Positions 28,871 to 39,180 of a stretch of 44,213 nucleotides of DNA are shown piece after piece (within the stretch, counting starts at the first letter, position 1; each line of letters opens with the position of its first letter). Under the pieces are notes generated by a model. That model ran no database searches. It saw only the letters and a list, made by a program, of their open reading frames with translations, and was not told the DNA's origin. Source of the DNA: an uncultured Collinsella sp. (GTDB lineage Bacteria > Actinomycetota > Coriobacteriia > Coriobacteriales > Coriobacteriaceae); the NCBI GenBank assembly GCA_958407085.1, contig CATYHY010000001.1:1-44213 (forward strand), read 5' to 3'. Made by a program: the position numbers and the translations under genes.

Positions 28871-29578
28871 ATGACTGACCAAGTTTTTGACCGAGCACAG
28901 CTGGCCGAAGCCGTCGGCAGCGATATTGCCGACATGGCTCACTTTTGGATGCTGCGGAAGTTTCAATTCCTGGAGCCGGCGCGCGAGCGGTTCGAGATTA
29001 TCGTCGATCCGTGGCTCAGCTATTGCGAGGAACCTTCTCAAAACGAAATCATGGCCTACAACATGGCGTTTACCGATTGGCTGCTGTTTGAGCGCCCCTA
29101 TTACCACGGCAAGACGCTGTTGGAACTGTATGTGGACGAGCCGCCAGCGTCAATTTCTCCAGCTTCGCTCGGGCGACTTAAGCGGGTGCGTGACACGCAG
29201 TATTTCTCGTGCTTTGGCATTTTGGACAAGGATCCCGCGACTGGCATGGTCGTGCTGGAGGATACGCGCACCGACCGTCGCTTTGACGTCTACGACCCAC
29301 ATATCGTGCAAAAGGAGCACTGGAACGATGGCGCGATTGCGGTGCGACTCGCGTGCGTCGACGATGTCTGGCTGACGGCGGGGCAGCTCTACCTGTATGA
29401 CGTCGCGCGGCTGAGCGACACGGCGGTCGACGGGCCGGGCGCGGTGCATCCCGAGGACCTAGAGGACGGTTTCGACACCTCGTGCATCAGCTTCTTTTTG
29501 CGCCTGGTCCGCGACATCATGGGTGCTCAGGGGCGCTACGTAAAGTCGCTCAATATTTACGAGCAGGAGTGGGAGTAG
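28871..29578 (+). CDS. Hypothetical protein (acidic, 235 aa)
   Basis: Strong SD GAGGAGG and plausible codon usage; no family confidently recognised. Confidence 0.75.
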   Translation: MTDQVFDRAQLAEAVGSDIADMAHFWMLRKFQFLEPARERFEIIVDPWLSYCEEPSQNEIMAYNMAFTDWLLFERPYYHGKTLLELYVDEPPASISPASLGRLKRVRDTQYFSCFGILDKDPATGMVVLEDTRTDRRFDVYDPHIVQKEHWNDGAIAVRLACVDDVWLTAGQLYLYDVARLSDTAVDGPGAVHPEDLEDGFDTSCISFFLRLVRDIMGAQGRYVKSLNIYEQEWE

Positions 29579-29611
29579 GGAGTGGGCTGTCGCAGCGCCG
29601 CCGCCTGTCTA

Positions 29612-29756
29612 TTTGTCTCGATCTGTAACGTTTAGGGACAAAAAACCGGTCTACCTGTTACAGATCGAGACAGAGGTTAGACGCACGACTGAAAATCTCA
29701 ATCTGTAACAACTAGAGGCTCAAAGACTGTCTTCCTGTTACAGATCGAGACGTTTG
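29612..29756. repeat. Family B palindromic array 3 (2 units), upstream of nuclease-like gene
   Basis: Arms at 29616, 29656, 29696 and 29736. Confidence 0.96.
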
Positions 29757-29804
29757 CCGACAGCGGCAACGGTGACAACGGCCCATTTCCCTGATGTGGT
29801 GGTG

Positions 29805-30848
29805 ATGAAAGTGTCTAATACCGTTCTTAAACACAAGCAGGCGACACGTAACACCTTGGCGCGGAATAGGATGCTTGCCAGGCTCACGGAGGCGGCTGAG
29901 CAAGGCGTGCTGCTTGTGACGCACGACAATGCCGAGCTCATGTGGCTGCGGCGTCATGTGGGAACCGATGATATTGCGGAGCCCGAGCCGTATTTGTTCT
30001 GCTTTCAGCATGATTGGGTTGTACTGACGCCGGCGGAGCGAGCGCTGCGGACCATTAAAGGGCTTGCGGAGTTTCATCCAGACTGGGCGTTTTGGGGTTA
30101 TGACGCGGCACTTTTGTGGGGTCTGGAGGTGCCGAATGATCTGCTCGGGCCGCGATTTCTTGTTAAGACAGGTTGCTCGGTGCCGCTGAGTGCAGGATGC
30201 CGACTGTTGCGTCCGCAGACGGCGGGTGCGCTCGAGAGTGTTGACGGCGTGCAGGTTACGTCGTTTTGGCACACGGTAGAGGATTGCCTGCTGCGTGCGC
30301 CGTTTTCGTATGGCCTGGCGATTGCCGATTCTGCGTTGCGAGCAAAGGGCGTATCGCGCGATGACTTTTGTGAGCGGCTTCGTATGGATTGTGAAGGCAA
30401 GCGCGGGTATCGCAGAGCGCAGGTGATTGCGTCGTATGCGGACGGGCTGTCCGAAAACGGCGGCGAGTCTCGTTTTCGGGCGTTCTTTATTGCGTACGGC
30501 TTTCCAGTTCCGGAACTGCAGGTGGAGTTTCGTGATCCGCTCGATCCGAGCCAAGTGTTTCGCGTTGATTATTTTTGGAGGCTCGAGGACGGAACGTGCG
30601 TGATTGGCGAGCTGGACGGAAAGGGGAAGTATGCCTTGCAGAACGACGAGGGTCGGGAGTTGATCGACCCATTCGTGGCAGAACGTCAGCGAGAGTCTCA
30701 TCTGACGATGCTTGGGCACAAGGTGCTTCGGTTTACGTTTGATGAGCTCAAGAATCCGGGGAAGCTGGTTGAGAAGATGAGGCTGGCGGGAATTCCACAG
30801 CGGGCCGATTTGGCTGAGGAATGGAGATGCCGGTGGTATGGGCGCTGA
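29805..30848 (+). CDS. AbiEi-like / DUF559 (Vsr-like PD-(D/E)XK) endonuclease-domain protein
   Basis: AALLWGL, VQVTS..TVEDC, LAIADSALR, SENGGESRFR..GFPVPELQ, FRVDYFW, IGELDGKGKY, ERQRESHLTMLGHKVLRF. Start uncertain (29805 or 29871); the 29754 TTG lies in the repeat flank. Confidence 0.78.
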   Translation: MKVSNTVLKHKQATRNTLARNRMLARLTEAAEQGVLLVTHDNAELMWLRRHVGTDDIAEPEPYLFCFQHDWVVLTPAERALRTIKGLAEFHPDWAFWGYDAALLWGLEVPNDLLGPRFLVKTGCSVPLSAGCRLLRPQTAGALESVDGVQVTSFWHTVEDCLLRAPFSYGLAIADSALRAKGVSRDDFCERLRMDCEGKRGYRRAQVIASYADGLSENGGESRFRAFFIAYGFPVPELQVEFRDPLDPSQVFRVDYFWRLEDGTCVIGELDGKGKYALQNDEGRELIDPFVAERQRESHLTMLGHKVLRFTFDELKNPGKLVEKMRLAGIPQRADLAEEWRCRWYGR

Positions 30849-30886
30849 GGGGTGCAGCTGATGCGGATGTGGTTGTTCCTGTCGAG

Positions 30887-31031
30887 TTTGTCTCAATCTG
30901 TAACAACAAGGGACCGTTTGGCCTCGTAACTGTTACAGGTCAAGACAGAAGGTTGGCGCCTGCTGAAAGATCTCAATCTGTAACATCTAGAGGCTGAAAA
31001 CCTGTCTATTTGTTACAGATTTAGACGTTTG
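30887..31031. repeat. Family B palindromic array 4 (2 units), downstream of nuclease-like gene
   Basis: Arms at 30891, 30931, 30971 and 31011. Confidence 0.95.
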
Positions 31032-31175
31032 GCGACGGGGCTGGAGTGGGGCTGCAACGCATTCCGTTCCCCGCATCTCCTTCTTCTTCCCGTTAGCCGA
31101 TATGTCCGGCTTTAGTTTGCTGCATTAGGTGATAATGGACAAATGTTCAAGTTAATCGTGAGGGAGGAGCTCGAT

Positions 31176-32546
31176 ATGGCGACTGCCGATCGTCCCACGT
31201 TGTTTATCAATGCGACCGTCCTGGATGGCTCGGAGCATATGGAGCCGCAGCCCGATATGGCCGTGGCCGTTGAGCGCGGTGTCATCACCTGGATTGGCCC
31301 GAGCGCCGTGGCGCAGGCGCCGGCGGGTGCCGAGGTCATCGACCTGGCGGGTGCGTATCTCATGCCGGGTCTCATCAATATGCACGTGCATCTGTGCGGT
31401 TCGGGCAAACCGGTCTCGGCGGGCGATGCGGGCGCGCTGATGAAGAAGCTCGATAATCCGGTGGGCCGCGCCATCGTCCGCCACATCCTCAAAGGCAGCG
31501 CTCAGCAGCAGCTGGCAAGCGGCGTGACCACGGTGCGCGGTGCAGGCGACCCGCTGTTTGCCGATCTGGCCGTGCGCAACGCCATCGACGCCGGCAAGTA
31601 TCAGGGTCCGCGTCTGGTAGCACCGGGAACGGGTGTCACGGTGCCGGGTGGTCACGGTGCGGGCCTCTTTGCGCAGGTGGCCAATACCCCCGACGAGGCG
31701 GCCGAACAGGTGCGCGATCTGTATGCGCGCGGTGCCGACGTCATCAAGCTGTTCGTGACGGGTGGCGTGTTCGACGCGACCGAAGTGGGCGAGCCGGGCG
31801 TGCTACGCATGCCGGTCGAGGTTGCCGCTGCGGCGTGCAAGGCGGCGCACGAGGTTGGCCTTCCGGTCATGGCCCATGTCGAGAGCACCGAAGGTGTGAA
31901 GGCCGCGCTTCAGGCTGGCGTCGACACAATCGAGCACGGCGCTCCGATAACCTCCGAGATTCTGGAACTGTACCGCGGCGCCGCGGGAACACAGCTCGAG
32001 GGACGCGCGCCGAGCGTGACCTGCACGATCAGTCCGGCGCTGCCGTTTGTGTTGCTCGATCCGGAAAAGACCCATTCGACTGATACGCAAAAGAAGAACG
32101 GCGACATCGTGTGCTCGGGCATTATCGAGAGTGCTCGTGCGGCGCTGGAAGCCGGTATCAAGGTGGGCCTGGGCACGGATTCGAGCTGCCCGTTCGTGAC
32201 ACAGTACGACATGTGGCGCGAGGTGGCCTATTTTGCCGAGTACGTGGGCGTGAGCAATGCCTTCGCACTGCATACAGCCACGAAGGTCAATGCTGAGCTG
32301 CTGGAGCTGGGCGGCGAGACCGGTACGATCGAGTGCGGCAAGGCGGCTGACATTTTGGTGACGCGCGAGAACCCGCTCGATGACCTGTGCGCTCTGCGTG
32401 AGCCGATGCACGTGATGTGCCGCGGTGACCTGGTGCGCAAGCTGAAGGTCAAGCGCATCCCCGAGGTTGACACCGAGCTCGACGCGATTATGGCCATGCC
32501 GGCAGAAGCCCTGGCAGAGGAGCTTGCCCGCGATGGCGTAGCGTAA
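31176..32546 (+). CDS. Metal-dependent amidohydrolase (prolidase-like subfamily)
   Basis: MPGLINMHVH (HxH), SGVTTVR, GADVIK, VMAH, DTIEHG, GLGTD, GKAADI; SD GGAGGAG. Confidence 0.9.
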   Translation: MATADRPTLFINATVLDGSEHMEPQPDMAVAVERGVITWIGPSAVAQAPAGAEVIDLAGAYLMPGLINMHVHLCGSGKPVSAGDAGALMKKLDNPVGRAIVRHILKGSAQQQLASGVTTVRGAGDPLFADLAVRNAIDAGKYQGPRLVAPGTGVTVPGGHGAGLFAQVANTPDEAAEQVRDLYARGADVIKLFVTGGVFDATEVGEPGVLRMPVEVAAAACKAAHEVGLPVMAHVESTEGVKAALQAGVDTIEHGAPITSEILELYRGAAGTQLEGRAPSVTCTISPALPFVLLDPEKTHSTDTQKKNGDIVCSGIIESARAALEAGIKVGLGTDSSCPFVTQYDMWREVAYFAEYVGVSNAFALHTATKVNAELLELGGETGTIECGKAADILVTRENPLDDLCALREPMHVMCRGDLVRKLKVKRIPEVDTELDAIMAMPAEALAEELARDGVA

Positions 32547-32588
32547 ACGCTGGTGCGACAGCTTCATCGAATGATGTCGCTCCATGCA

Positions 32589-32623
32589 AAAAGCCGAGGT
32601 CTCAACGCGAGGCCTCGGCTTTT
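32589..32623. terminator. Bidirectional terminator
   Basis: AAAAGCCGAGG...CCTCGGCTTTT between convergent genes. Confidence 0.8.
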
Positions 32624-32645
32624 ATTTTGTCCTATGGTGTAGCGG

Positions 32646-33119
32646 CTAGGAGCGCGTCTCCATCTTGGCGTGGCACTTGGGGCAGGTGACGCGGATCTTG
32701 CCCTTGCCCTTGGGGACGGACAGCATCTGGCCGCAGTTGGGGCACTTGAGGTAGGCCGTGGTCTTGCGACCCTTCCACATCTTCTTGGCCGTTCGCTTGG
32801 CGCGCTCAAAGTCCTCCTTGCTGGTACCAGCGGCACGCGAAGCGTTTGCGGCCGCAGTCCCGCCGCCCAAGCTAGCGACGAACTTGCCGAGGCCGGGGAC
32901 GTTTGCGGTCGCCGTAACAAAGGCGTCGTTCTCCTTGCGGCGCGCGTCGATGTTTTTGGACAGGCCGCGCAGCACGCCAATCACGATAACGGCGATGGCG
33001 ATCCAGCTGAGCCACTGAATACGGGCCATCGATCCGATCATCGCGATGACGATTCCAGCAAAGCCCATCACGATGGTGAGCTCGTCGGCGCCGTTGCGAC
33101 CCTTCATAAAGTCATTCAT
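32646..33119 (-). CDS. Conserved membrane protein with C-terminal zinc ribbon
   Basis: FMKGRNGADEL, two TM segments, CPNCGQMLSVPKGKGKIRVTCPKC. Confidence 0.85.
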   Translation of the reverse strand: MNDFMKGRNGADELTIVMGFAGIVIAMIGSMARIQWLSWIAIAVIVIGVLRGLSKNIDARRKENDAFVTATANVPGLGKFVASLGGGTAAANASRAAGTSKEDFERAKRTAKKMWKGRKTTAYLKCPNCGQMLSVPKGKGKIRVTCPKCHAKMETRS

Positions 33120-33166
33120 GCAGAACTGCCTTTCATTTCGCTGTGCTGCACGCTTTTATACCCCTT

Positions 33167-33233
33167 TTGGTGCAAGGGGGACAGGTTAATCTGCACCAAG
33201 GTGGTGCAAACGTACCTGTCCCCCTTGCACCAA
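33167..33233. repeat. Family D palindromic doublet, copy 1
   Basis: TTGGTGCAAGGGGGACAGGT...ACCTGTCCCCCTTGCACCAA; each half is itself bounded by TGGTGCA/TGCACCA. Confidence 0.9.
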
Positions 33234-33506
33234 TTACTTGGCGAGCTTGTCGACGACGCGCTCTATCTCGGCGAGCTTGGCGGCTTTGAGCTCCTCGTCG
33301 CCCGATTCGATGGCCGAGGCGACGCAGCCCTCGATGTGTGCCTTCAACACATCGGCGTTGATGCGGGCGATGAGCGCCTGCGTGGCCATGAGCTGCGTGG
33401 AGATGTCGACGCAGTAACGGTCCTCCTCCACCATCCGCAGGATGCCGTCGATTTGCCCACGTGCCGTTTTGAGCATGCGGGTCACCGATTTATGGTCTGC
33501 CATCAT
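33234..33506 (-). CDS. csoR: CsoR/RcnR family copper-sensing repressor
   Basis: RGQIDGILRMVEEDRYCVDISTQL, HIEGC Cu ligands; downstream of copA-copZ. Confidence 0.92.
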   Translation of the reverse strand: MMADHKSVTRMLKTARGQIDGILRMVEEDRYCVDISTQLMATQALIARINADVLKAHIEGCVASAIESGDEELKAAKLAEIERVVDKLAK

Positions 33507-33548
33507 GGCGGGTCCTCGTTTCTGGTCGATTTTCCGGATGCCCCCGTC

Positions 33549-33615
33549 AGTTGCGGTGAAATAGTTCTTGTTTGCAGGCTTGAAGCGCTAAAACAGGAAC
33601 TATTTCACCGCAACT
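33549..33615. repeat. Family A palindromic element, copy 3 (inside cop operon)
   Basis: AGTTGCGGTGAAATAGTTCTTG...CAGGAACTATTTCACCGCAACT, 67 bp. Confidence 0.93.
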
Positions 33616-33641
33616 TCTGAGGATTGAGTAGGCGGCGTCTG

Positions 33642-33863
33642 CTACGCGGCGGTCACGGACAGGGCGTGGAACTTCTCGCCCGCGCCCTCGACGGCGGCGG
33701 TGAGCTGCTCGGCGGTCACGGTGTCGGCGCACTCTACCTGGACGGTCTGGGTCTCGTGATCGGCGTCGGCATCGGTCACGCCTGCCACGTTGAGCAGCGC
33801 CGTCTCGACAGTGGCGTCGCAGTGGCCGCACATAAGGCCGGAAGTCTTAATCGTGTAACGCAT
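33642..33863 (-). CDS. copZ: Heavy-metal-associated (CopZ-like) chaperone
   Basis: GLMCGHC HMA motif, 73 aa; SD GAGAGGA before ATG 33863. Confidence 0.85.
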   Translation of the reverse strand: MRYTIKTSGLMCGHCDATVETALLNVAGVTDADADHETQTVQVECADTVTAEQLTAAVEGAGEKFHALSVTAA

Positions 33864-34010
33864 GGATATTCCTCTCTGTTGTGTCGGCTTTCCCAGGCAC
33901 CCGACCTTGACCTTCAAGCCGTCGCTCGCGTACCAAAGTACGCGCCGCTCCTCTTTCAGGTCGATCTCTGGCACTTGGAAAACCGGTTCTAAATGGACTT
34001 AATGGTGAGC

Positions 34011-36353
34011 CTATTTTGCCACTTTAGGCTTAAAGGATTTCAGGCGCAGAGCATTGCTTACGACGCACACGCTCGACAGGCTCATGGCCGCGGCGCCGAA
34101 CATCGGCGAGAGCTGCCAGCCGGTGAGGGGGAAGAACACGCCCGCGGCGAGCGGAATGCCGATGCCGTTGTAGAACAGTGCCCAGAACAGGTCCTGCTTG
34201 ATGTTGCGGATCGTGGCGCGTGAAAGCTCGATGGCGCGGGCGACGTCCATGAGGTCGCTGCGCATGAGTACCACGTCGGCTCCCTCCTTGGCGATGTCGG
34301 CGCCGGTGCCGATAGCAAGGCCCACGTCGGCGCGCGCCAGGGCGGGGGAGTCGTTGATGCCGTCGCCCACCATGGCGACCTTGCCGCCCGCATGCTGCAG
34401 TTCGCGCACGTGGCGTTCCTTGTCGGCGGGGAGGACGTCGGCGATGACCTGTTCGCTGCTCAGCTCCACGCGGCGGGCGATGGCCTCGGCCGTCACGCGG
34501 TTGTCGCCGGTGAGCATGCGCACATCGACGCCGAGCGAACGCAGCGCGGCGATGGCCCCGGCGCTCGTCTCTTTGATCTCGTCGGCCGCGGCGATGGTGC
34601 CGACGAGCTCGCCGTTCTTGGCAAAGAACAGCGGCGTTTTGCCCTCGGTGGCAAATTGCTCGGCAAGGTCCGTAGGCACGGCAGCGCCCAACTCGCCCAT
34701 GAAGCGCACGTTGCCGGCCGCGATGATATTCTGCCCCTCGCGTGCCGTAACGCCACGACCGGGCACGGCGGCAAAGTCCTCGACCATGCGTGCGACGATT
34801 CCGCGCGACTCGCACTCGGCCATAATCGCCTCGGCCAGCGGGTGCTCGCTCGAGCGCTCTAACGCGGCGGCCAGCTTGAGCAGCGCCTTTTCGCTCATGG
34901 CGGGCGAGCCGTCGGCGCGCGTGGCTACCACGATATCGGTTACGGTAGGCTTGCCGCGGGTGACGGTGCCCGTCTTGTCGAGTACCACGGTGCCCACGCT
35001 GCGCAGGTTCTCCAGCGCCTCGGCGCTCTTAAACAGGATGCCCATCTCGGCGCCCTTACCGGTGCCAACCATAATGGCGACGGGCGTGGCCAGGCCCAGC
35101 GCGCACGGGCAGCTGATCACCAACACGGCCACGGCGGAGGTGAGCGCCTCGTTTATGCTGCCGGTCAGTGCCATCCACACCGCAAAGGTCACGGCCGAGA
35201 TCACGAACACCACGGGCACAAACACGCCGGCGACCTTGTCGGCCAGGCGGGCGATGGGCGCCTTGGTGGCGTTGGCGTCCTCGACGAGCTGGATGATCTT
35301 GGCGAGCGACGTGTCGGCGCCCACGCGCGTGGCACGGAAGGTAAACGATCCGGTGCGGTTGACGGTTGCGGCGTTGACGGTGTCGCCGGCGGTCTTTTCC
35401 ACGGGGATGGACTCGCCGGTGAGCGCACTCTCGTCCACGGCCGAGCTGCCCTCGAGCACCACGCCGTCGACAGGGATAGACTCGCCGGGGCGCACACGCA
35501 GCACCTGGCCGGGAAGGATGCTGTCGACGTCCACGGTGGTTTCGGTGCCGTCGTCGGCAACGACGGTCGCGGTCTTGGGTGCCAGGTCGATCAGCGCCTC
35601 GATAGCGCCGCCGGTCTTGGATTTGCTGCGCGTCTCGAGGTATTTGCCCACGGTGACGAGCGACAGGATGGTGCCGGCGCTCTCAAAATACAGGTTGTCC
35701 ATGCTCGTCATCATGGCCTCGCGCACCTGACCTGCGGCCAACTGGTCGGCCATGATGAACATGGCGTAGAGCGACCAGGCGATCGACGCGGTGGCGCCGA
35801 CGGCGATGAGAGCGTCCATGGTGGGCGCGCCATGCACGAGCGACTTGAAGCCGTTGATAAAGTACGCGTCGTTGATGTAGACGATGGGGATGAGCAAGAC
35901 GAGCTCGGTGAGGGCAAGCGTCATGCTGTGGACGTGGTCCGTGAAGATGCCGGGCAGCGGCCAGCCGAGCATGTGCCCCATGCCTATGTAGAACAGCGGG
36001 ATGAGAAAGATGATTGAGATGATGAGACGGGTGCGCATGGCGGAGGCAGTGGCCTCCAGCTTTTTGGTCGGCGACTCCATATGGGCGGCGCCGGACCTGG
36101 CTTGCGCGCTGCCGCTTGAGCTGGTGGCATCGGTGTCCGCGCTGACGGGCGAGGCCGAATAGCCCGCGCGGTCGACGGCAGTGCAGATATCGTCGGGGGA
36201 GACCTGCGCGGGGTCATAGTCCACCAACATGGAGCCGGCGAGCAAGTTGACCGCGACGCTTTGGACGCCGTCGAGCTTGCTGACGGCGCGGTCCACGTGC
36301 GCCTGGCAAGCGGCGCACGTCATGCCGCCCACGTCAAACTTATCTTGAGCCAT
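34011..36353 (-). CDS. copA: Cu(I)-translocating P1B-type ATPase
   Basis: [41 protein letters not shown]. Confidence 0.96.
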   Translation of the reverse strand: MAQDKFDVGGMTCAACQAHVDRAVSKLDGVQSVAVNLLAGSMLVDYDPAQVSPDDICTAVDRAGYSASPVSADTDATSSSGSAQARSGAAHMESPTKKLEATASAMRTRLIISIIFLIPLFYIGMGHMLGWPLPGIFTDHVHSMTLALTELVLLIPIVYINDAYFINGFKSLVHGAPTMDALIAVGATASIAWSLYAMFIMADQLAAGQVREAMMTSMDNLYFESAGTILSLVTVGKYLETRSKSKTGGAIEALIDLAPKTATVVADDGTETTVDVDSILPGQVLRVRPGESIPVDGVVLEGSSAVDESALTGESIPVEKTAGDTVNAATVNRTGSFTFRATRVGADTSLAKIIQLVEDANATKAPIARLADKVAGVFVPVVFVISAVTFAVWMALTGSINEALTSAVAVLVISCPCALGLATPVAIMVGTGKGAEMGILFKSAEALENLRSVGTVVLDKTGTVTRGKPTVTDIVVATRADGSPAMSEKALLKLAAALERSSEHPLAEAIMAECESRGIVARMVEDFAAVPGRGVTAREGQNIIAAGNVRFMGELGAAVPTDLAEQFATEGKTPLFFAKNGELVGTIAAADEIKETSAGAIAALRSLGVDVRMLTGDNRVTAEAIARRVELSSEQVIADVLPADKERHVRELQHAGGKVAMVGDGINDSPALARADVGLAIGTGADIAKEGADVVLMRSDLMDVARAIELSRATIRNIKQDLFWALFYNGIGIPLAAGVFFPLTGWQLSPMFGAAAMSLSSVCVVSNALRLKSFKPKVAK

Positions 36354-36411
36354 GGCTTCTCCTTTCTGTAGTTCGGTGTTGGAATTGTTAACCTGCCGAT
36401 ACTATACACCC

Positions 36412-36428
36412 ATACCCCCTGGGGGTGT
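36412..36428. promoter_or_regulatory. CsoR operator in cop promoter
   Basis: ATACCCCCTGGGGGTGT, a C-tract/G-tract palindrome typical of CsoR operators; minus-strand TATAGT at 36401-36406. Confidence 0.75.
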
Positions 36429-36500
36429 CTAGTCCAGAAAGAAATGTATGACATTCCGATACAGATGAGGGCGGCTGCTCAATCGTTGTCAGCCCCTGTC

Positions 36501-36643
36501 AAACATCTCAATCTGTAACATCTAGCAGGGAAAATGAGCTCTAACTGTTACAGATCGAGATGTTGTTTTGCGTGGCTGAGCTCTGTCTTGATCTGTAACG
36601 GTTCGGCCGGTTTTTGCTGAGCAACTGTTGCAGATTGAGACAA
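36501..36643. repeat. Family B palindromic array 5 (2 units)
   Basis: Arms at 36506, 36546, 36586 and 36626. Confidence 0.94.
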
Positions 36644-36914
36644 TCGGCCCAGACCCGCCCCGTCCGCCCCGTCATCTGTGGTTTACGTGGGGGCATGCGA
36701 AGCGCGGGTATACTAACCGGCGGCGAATCTGCTCCATCGCTTAGAGCTGCTGCGTCTGGACGGCGCGTGATAGGGCTGCCAAAGCGATCGCCAGCGTGCT
36801 GAGCAACGTCCTCTCTGTGCGCACCTGTTTTTGTATGTATTAGCGCACTACCAAGCACGCCCCGCGCGGCCGCATGCCGTGCCCATAACGCGTGCAGATA
36901 AGGAACAACAACAT

Positions 36915-39149
36915 ATGCGTAATTCTGTATCCGACGTCACGGACGCCGAGATTCTGGACGAGACCCGCGAGGCCATGACCCAGGCTGCCTTCGATGCTGC
37001 CGACGAGGCCAGCGCCGCCGAGACCGTCGAGTCCGCGACTGAGAACCTGCCCGCCTTTGACGAGCTGGGACTTTCGGACGAGATGCTTCGTGCCATCGAG
37101 AACCTGGGCTACACGGCGCCCACGCCCGTGCAGGCCGGCTCCATCCCCGTGGTGCTCGAGGGCCGCGACCTGCTTGCCGCCGCTCAGACCGGCACCGGCA
37201 AGACGGCCGCCTTCTTGCTGCCGACCATGAACAACCTGGAGCACATTGCTCCGCCCAAGCCCGTGCGCGAGCGTGGCGGCCGTAACCGCCGTCGCGGCGC
37301 CAAGAAGCCCGAGGGCAACGGCCGCGGCCCCGCGATGCTCGTCATCACCCCCACGCGCGAGCTTGCCCAGCAGATCGATGAGGTCGCCGGCAAGATTGCC
37401 GACGTCACCGGACATGTTGCCGTGACCGTCGTGGGCGGCGTGAGCTACAAGCCCCAGACCGCGGCGCTCAAGTACGGCTGCGACATCCTGGTCGCCACGC
37501 CGGGCCGTCTGGTCGATCTGATCGAACAGGGCGCTTGCCACCTGGACGAGGTAAAGGTGCTGGTACTCGATGAGGCCGACCGCATGCTCGACATGGGCTT
37601 TTTGCCCGCCGTCCGCCGTATTGTGCGCGAGACGCCGGCCGAGCGCCAGACGCTGCTGTTCTCGGCCACGCTCGACGAGGAGGCCGTGGGCGAGATCACC
37701 GACCTGGTGAGCGACCCGGCCCGCGTGGAGATCGCGCCCGCCACGTCGACCGCCGACACCGTCGACCAGTTTGTGTTCCCGGTGTCCATCGAGGCCAAGA
37801 ACAACCTGCTGCCCGAGTTCCTCAAAAAGGAGGGCCCGGAGCGCACTATCGTCTTTATGCGCACCAAGCACCGCGCCGACAGCTGCTGCCGTCGTCTTGA
37901 GCGCAAGGGCATCAAGGCCGCCGCGATTCACGGCAACCGCAGCCAGGCCCAGCGCGAGCGCGCGCTTTCGGCCTTCCGCGACGGCACCGTCGACGTGCTG
38001 GTGGCAACCGATGTCCTCGCCCGCGGCATCGACATTAGCGACGTGCGCTACGTCGTGAACTTTGACGTGCCGGCAGAGCCGACCGACTACATCCACCGCA
38101 TCGGCCGCACGGGCCGCGCCGGTGAGCTGGGCTGGGCCATTACGTTTGTGACCGAGCAGGACGTCGATGAGTTCTACGAGATCGAGAAGCTCATGGACAA
38201 GACGGCCGACATTTATGACGCCGGCGACCTGCATGTGGGCCCCAATCCGCCCGCCGTTGATCCCGAGCGCGACCCTGCGGCCTTTAAGGTGAAGAAGAAG
38301 ACCAAGCGCGGCAAGTCCAAGAGCAAGAAGAAGCTTGAGCAGGCACGTCGAGATGGCAAGCGCAACGGCGACGATTACGGCGATGTGGCCGGTCGTTCCA
38401 ACCGCGGTCGCGATGAGCGTCGCGGCGACGGCGAGCGTCCGAGTCGTCCCAAGCGCGGCGGCAAGACCCGCGTGCGCGAGGGCGTTCAGGCTCGCGTGGA
38501 CGAGGCCGTGGAGAGCGTGGCCCGCGAGGTTGCTGCCGAGGAGCACGGCGGTGCTGACGCCGTCAAGCAGGCCCCGCGTGGCAACCGTGCCGAGCGCCGC
38601 GCCAAGCAGTTCCAGGGCGAGGCGCATCGTCGTCGCCGCGAGGACGAGGACCGCGGCGGTCGTCGCCGTGTTGAGCGCGAGGACGAGGGCCGCGGTTCGG
38701 GCGACCGTCGTCGCTCCGGTCGTAATGACGAGCGCGGCGGTCGTGATGAGCGCCGTGGCGGCGAGGGTCGTGGTTCGCGTGACGAGCGTGGTACCCGCGG
38801 CGGCAAGCGCTTTGACGAGCGCGGAGGCCGCGAGGGCGGCCGCGGCGTTGAGCGTCGTGAAGGCGCCCGCGGCAACGGTGGCCGCGGCAGCGCTGGTCGC
38901 TCGGGTGAGTCGCGCGATCGTCGCGACCCGCGTGCCAGCCGCGATCGTCGCGATGACTGGCGCAACTACGATGACACCCGCGAGGAGCGCCGTGGCGGCT
39001 ATCGCGGTGGGCGTGGCGGCAACCAGGCTGGCTCCCGTGGCGGTCGTGCCGGCGGTCGCGATAACCGTGGCAGCTATGGTAACAATCGTGGCGGCAAGCA
39101 CGGCGGCAGCTCCCGTCGTCCCGGCGACGGCGGCGGCAAGCGCAAGTAA
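36915..39149 (+). CDS. DEAD-box RNA helicase with long Arg/Gly/Asp-rich tail
   Basis: Q motif, AQTGTGKT, PTRELA, TPGRL, DEAD, SAT, ARGID, HRIGRTGR; SD AAGGA before ATG 36915. Confidence 0.95.
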   Translation: MRNSVSDVTDAEILDETREAMTQAAFDAADEASAAETVESATENLPAFDELGLSDEMLRAIENLGYTAPTPVQAGSIPVVLEGRDLLAAAQTGTGKTAAFLLPTMNNLEHIAPPKPVRERGGRNRRRGAKKPEGNGRGPAMLVITPTRELAQQIDEVAGKIADVTGHVAVTVVGGVSYKPQTAALKYGCDILVATPGRLVDLIEQGACHLDEVKVLVLDEADRMLDMGFLPAVRRIVRETPAERQTLLFSATLDEEAVGEITDLVSDPARVEIAPATSTADTVDQFVFPVSIEAKNNLLPEFLKKEGPERTIVFMRTKHRADSCCRRLERKGIKAAAIHGNRSQAQRERALSAFRDGTVDVLVATDVLARGIDISDVRYVVNFDVPAEPTDYIHRIGRTGRAGELGWAITFVTEQDVDEFYEIEKLMDKTADIYDAGDLHVGPNPPAVDPERDPAAFKVKKKTKRGKSKSKKKLEQARRDGKRNGDDYGDVAGRSNRGRDERRGDGERPSRPKRGGKTRVREGVQARVDEAVESVAREVAAEEHGGADAVKQAPRGNRAERRAKQFQGEAHRRRREDEDRGGRRRVEREDEGRGSGDRRRSGRNDERGGRDERRGGEGRGSRDERGTRGGKRFDERGGREGGRGVERREGARGNGGRGSAGRSGESRDRRDPRASRDRRDDWRNYDDTREERRGGYRGGRGGNQAGSRGGRAGGRDNRGSYGNNRGGKHGGSSRRPGDGGGKRK

Positions 39150-39180
39150 CATACGCGTCGCGCTCTAAGTCGAGGCGACC

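Noticed and set aside
29805..30848. Complete AbiE type IV toxin-antitoxin module with simple autoregulatory operators
   Set aside because: No AbiEii toxin is adjacent, and the inverted repeats also lie downstream of the gene and at unrelated loci.
33907..33936. MerR-type promoter TTGACCTTCAAG between copZ and copA
   Set aside because: Only a half-site, poor -10, and antisense to the operon; the CsoR operator already explains regulation.
36501..36643. Family B as a metal-regulon operator (near mntH and copA)
   Set aside because: Arrays also occur at gene 3' ends and around a non-metal gene, and both metal genes have their own candidate operators.
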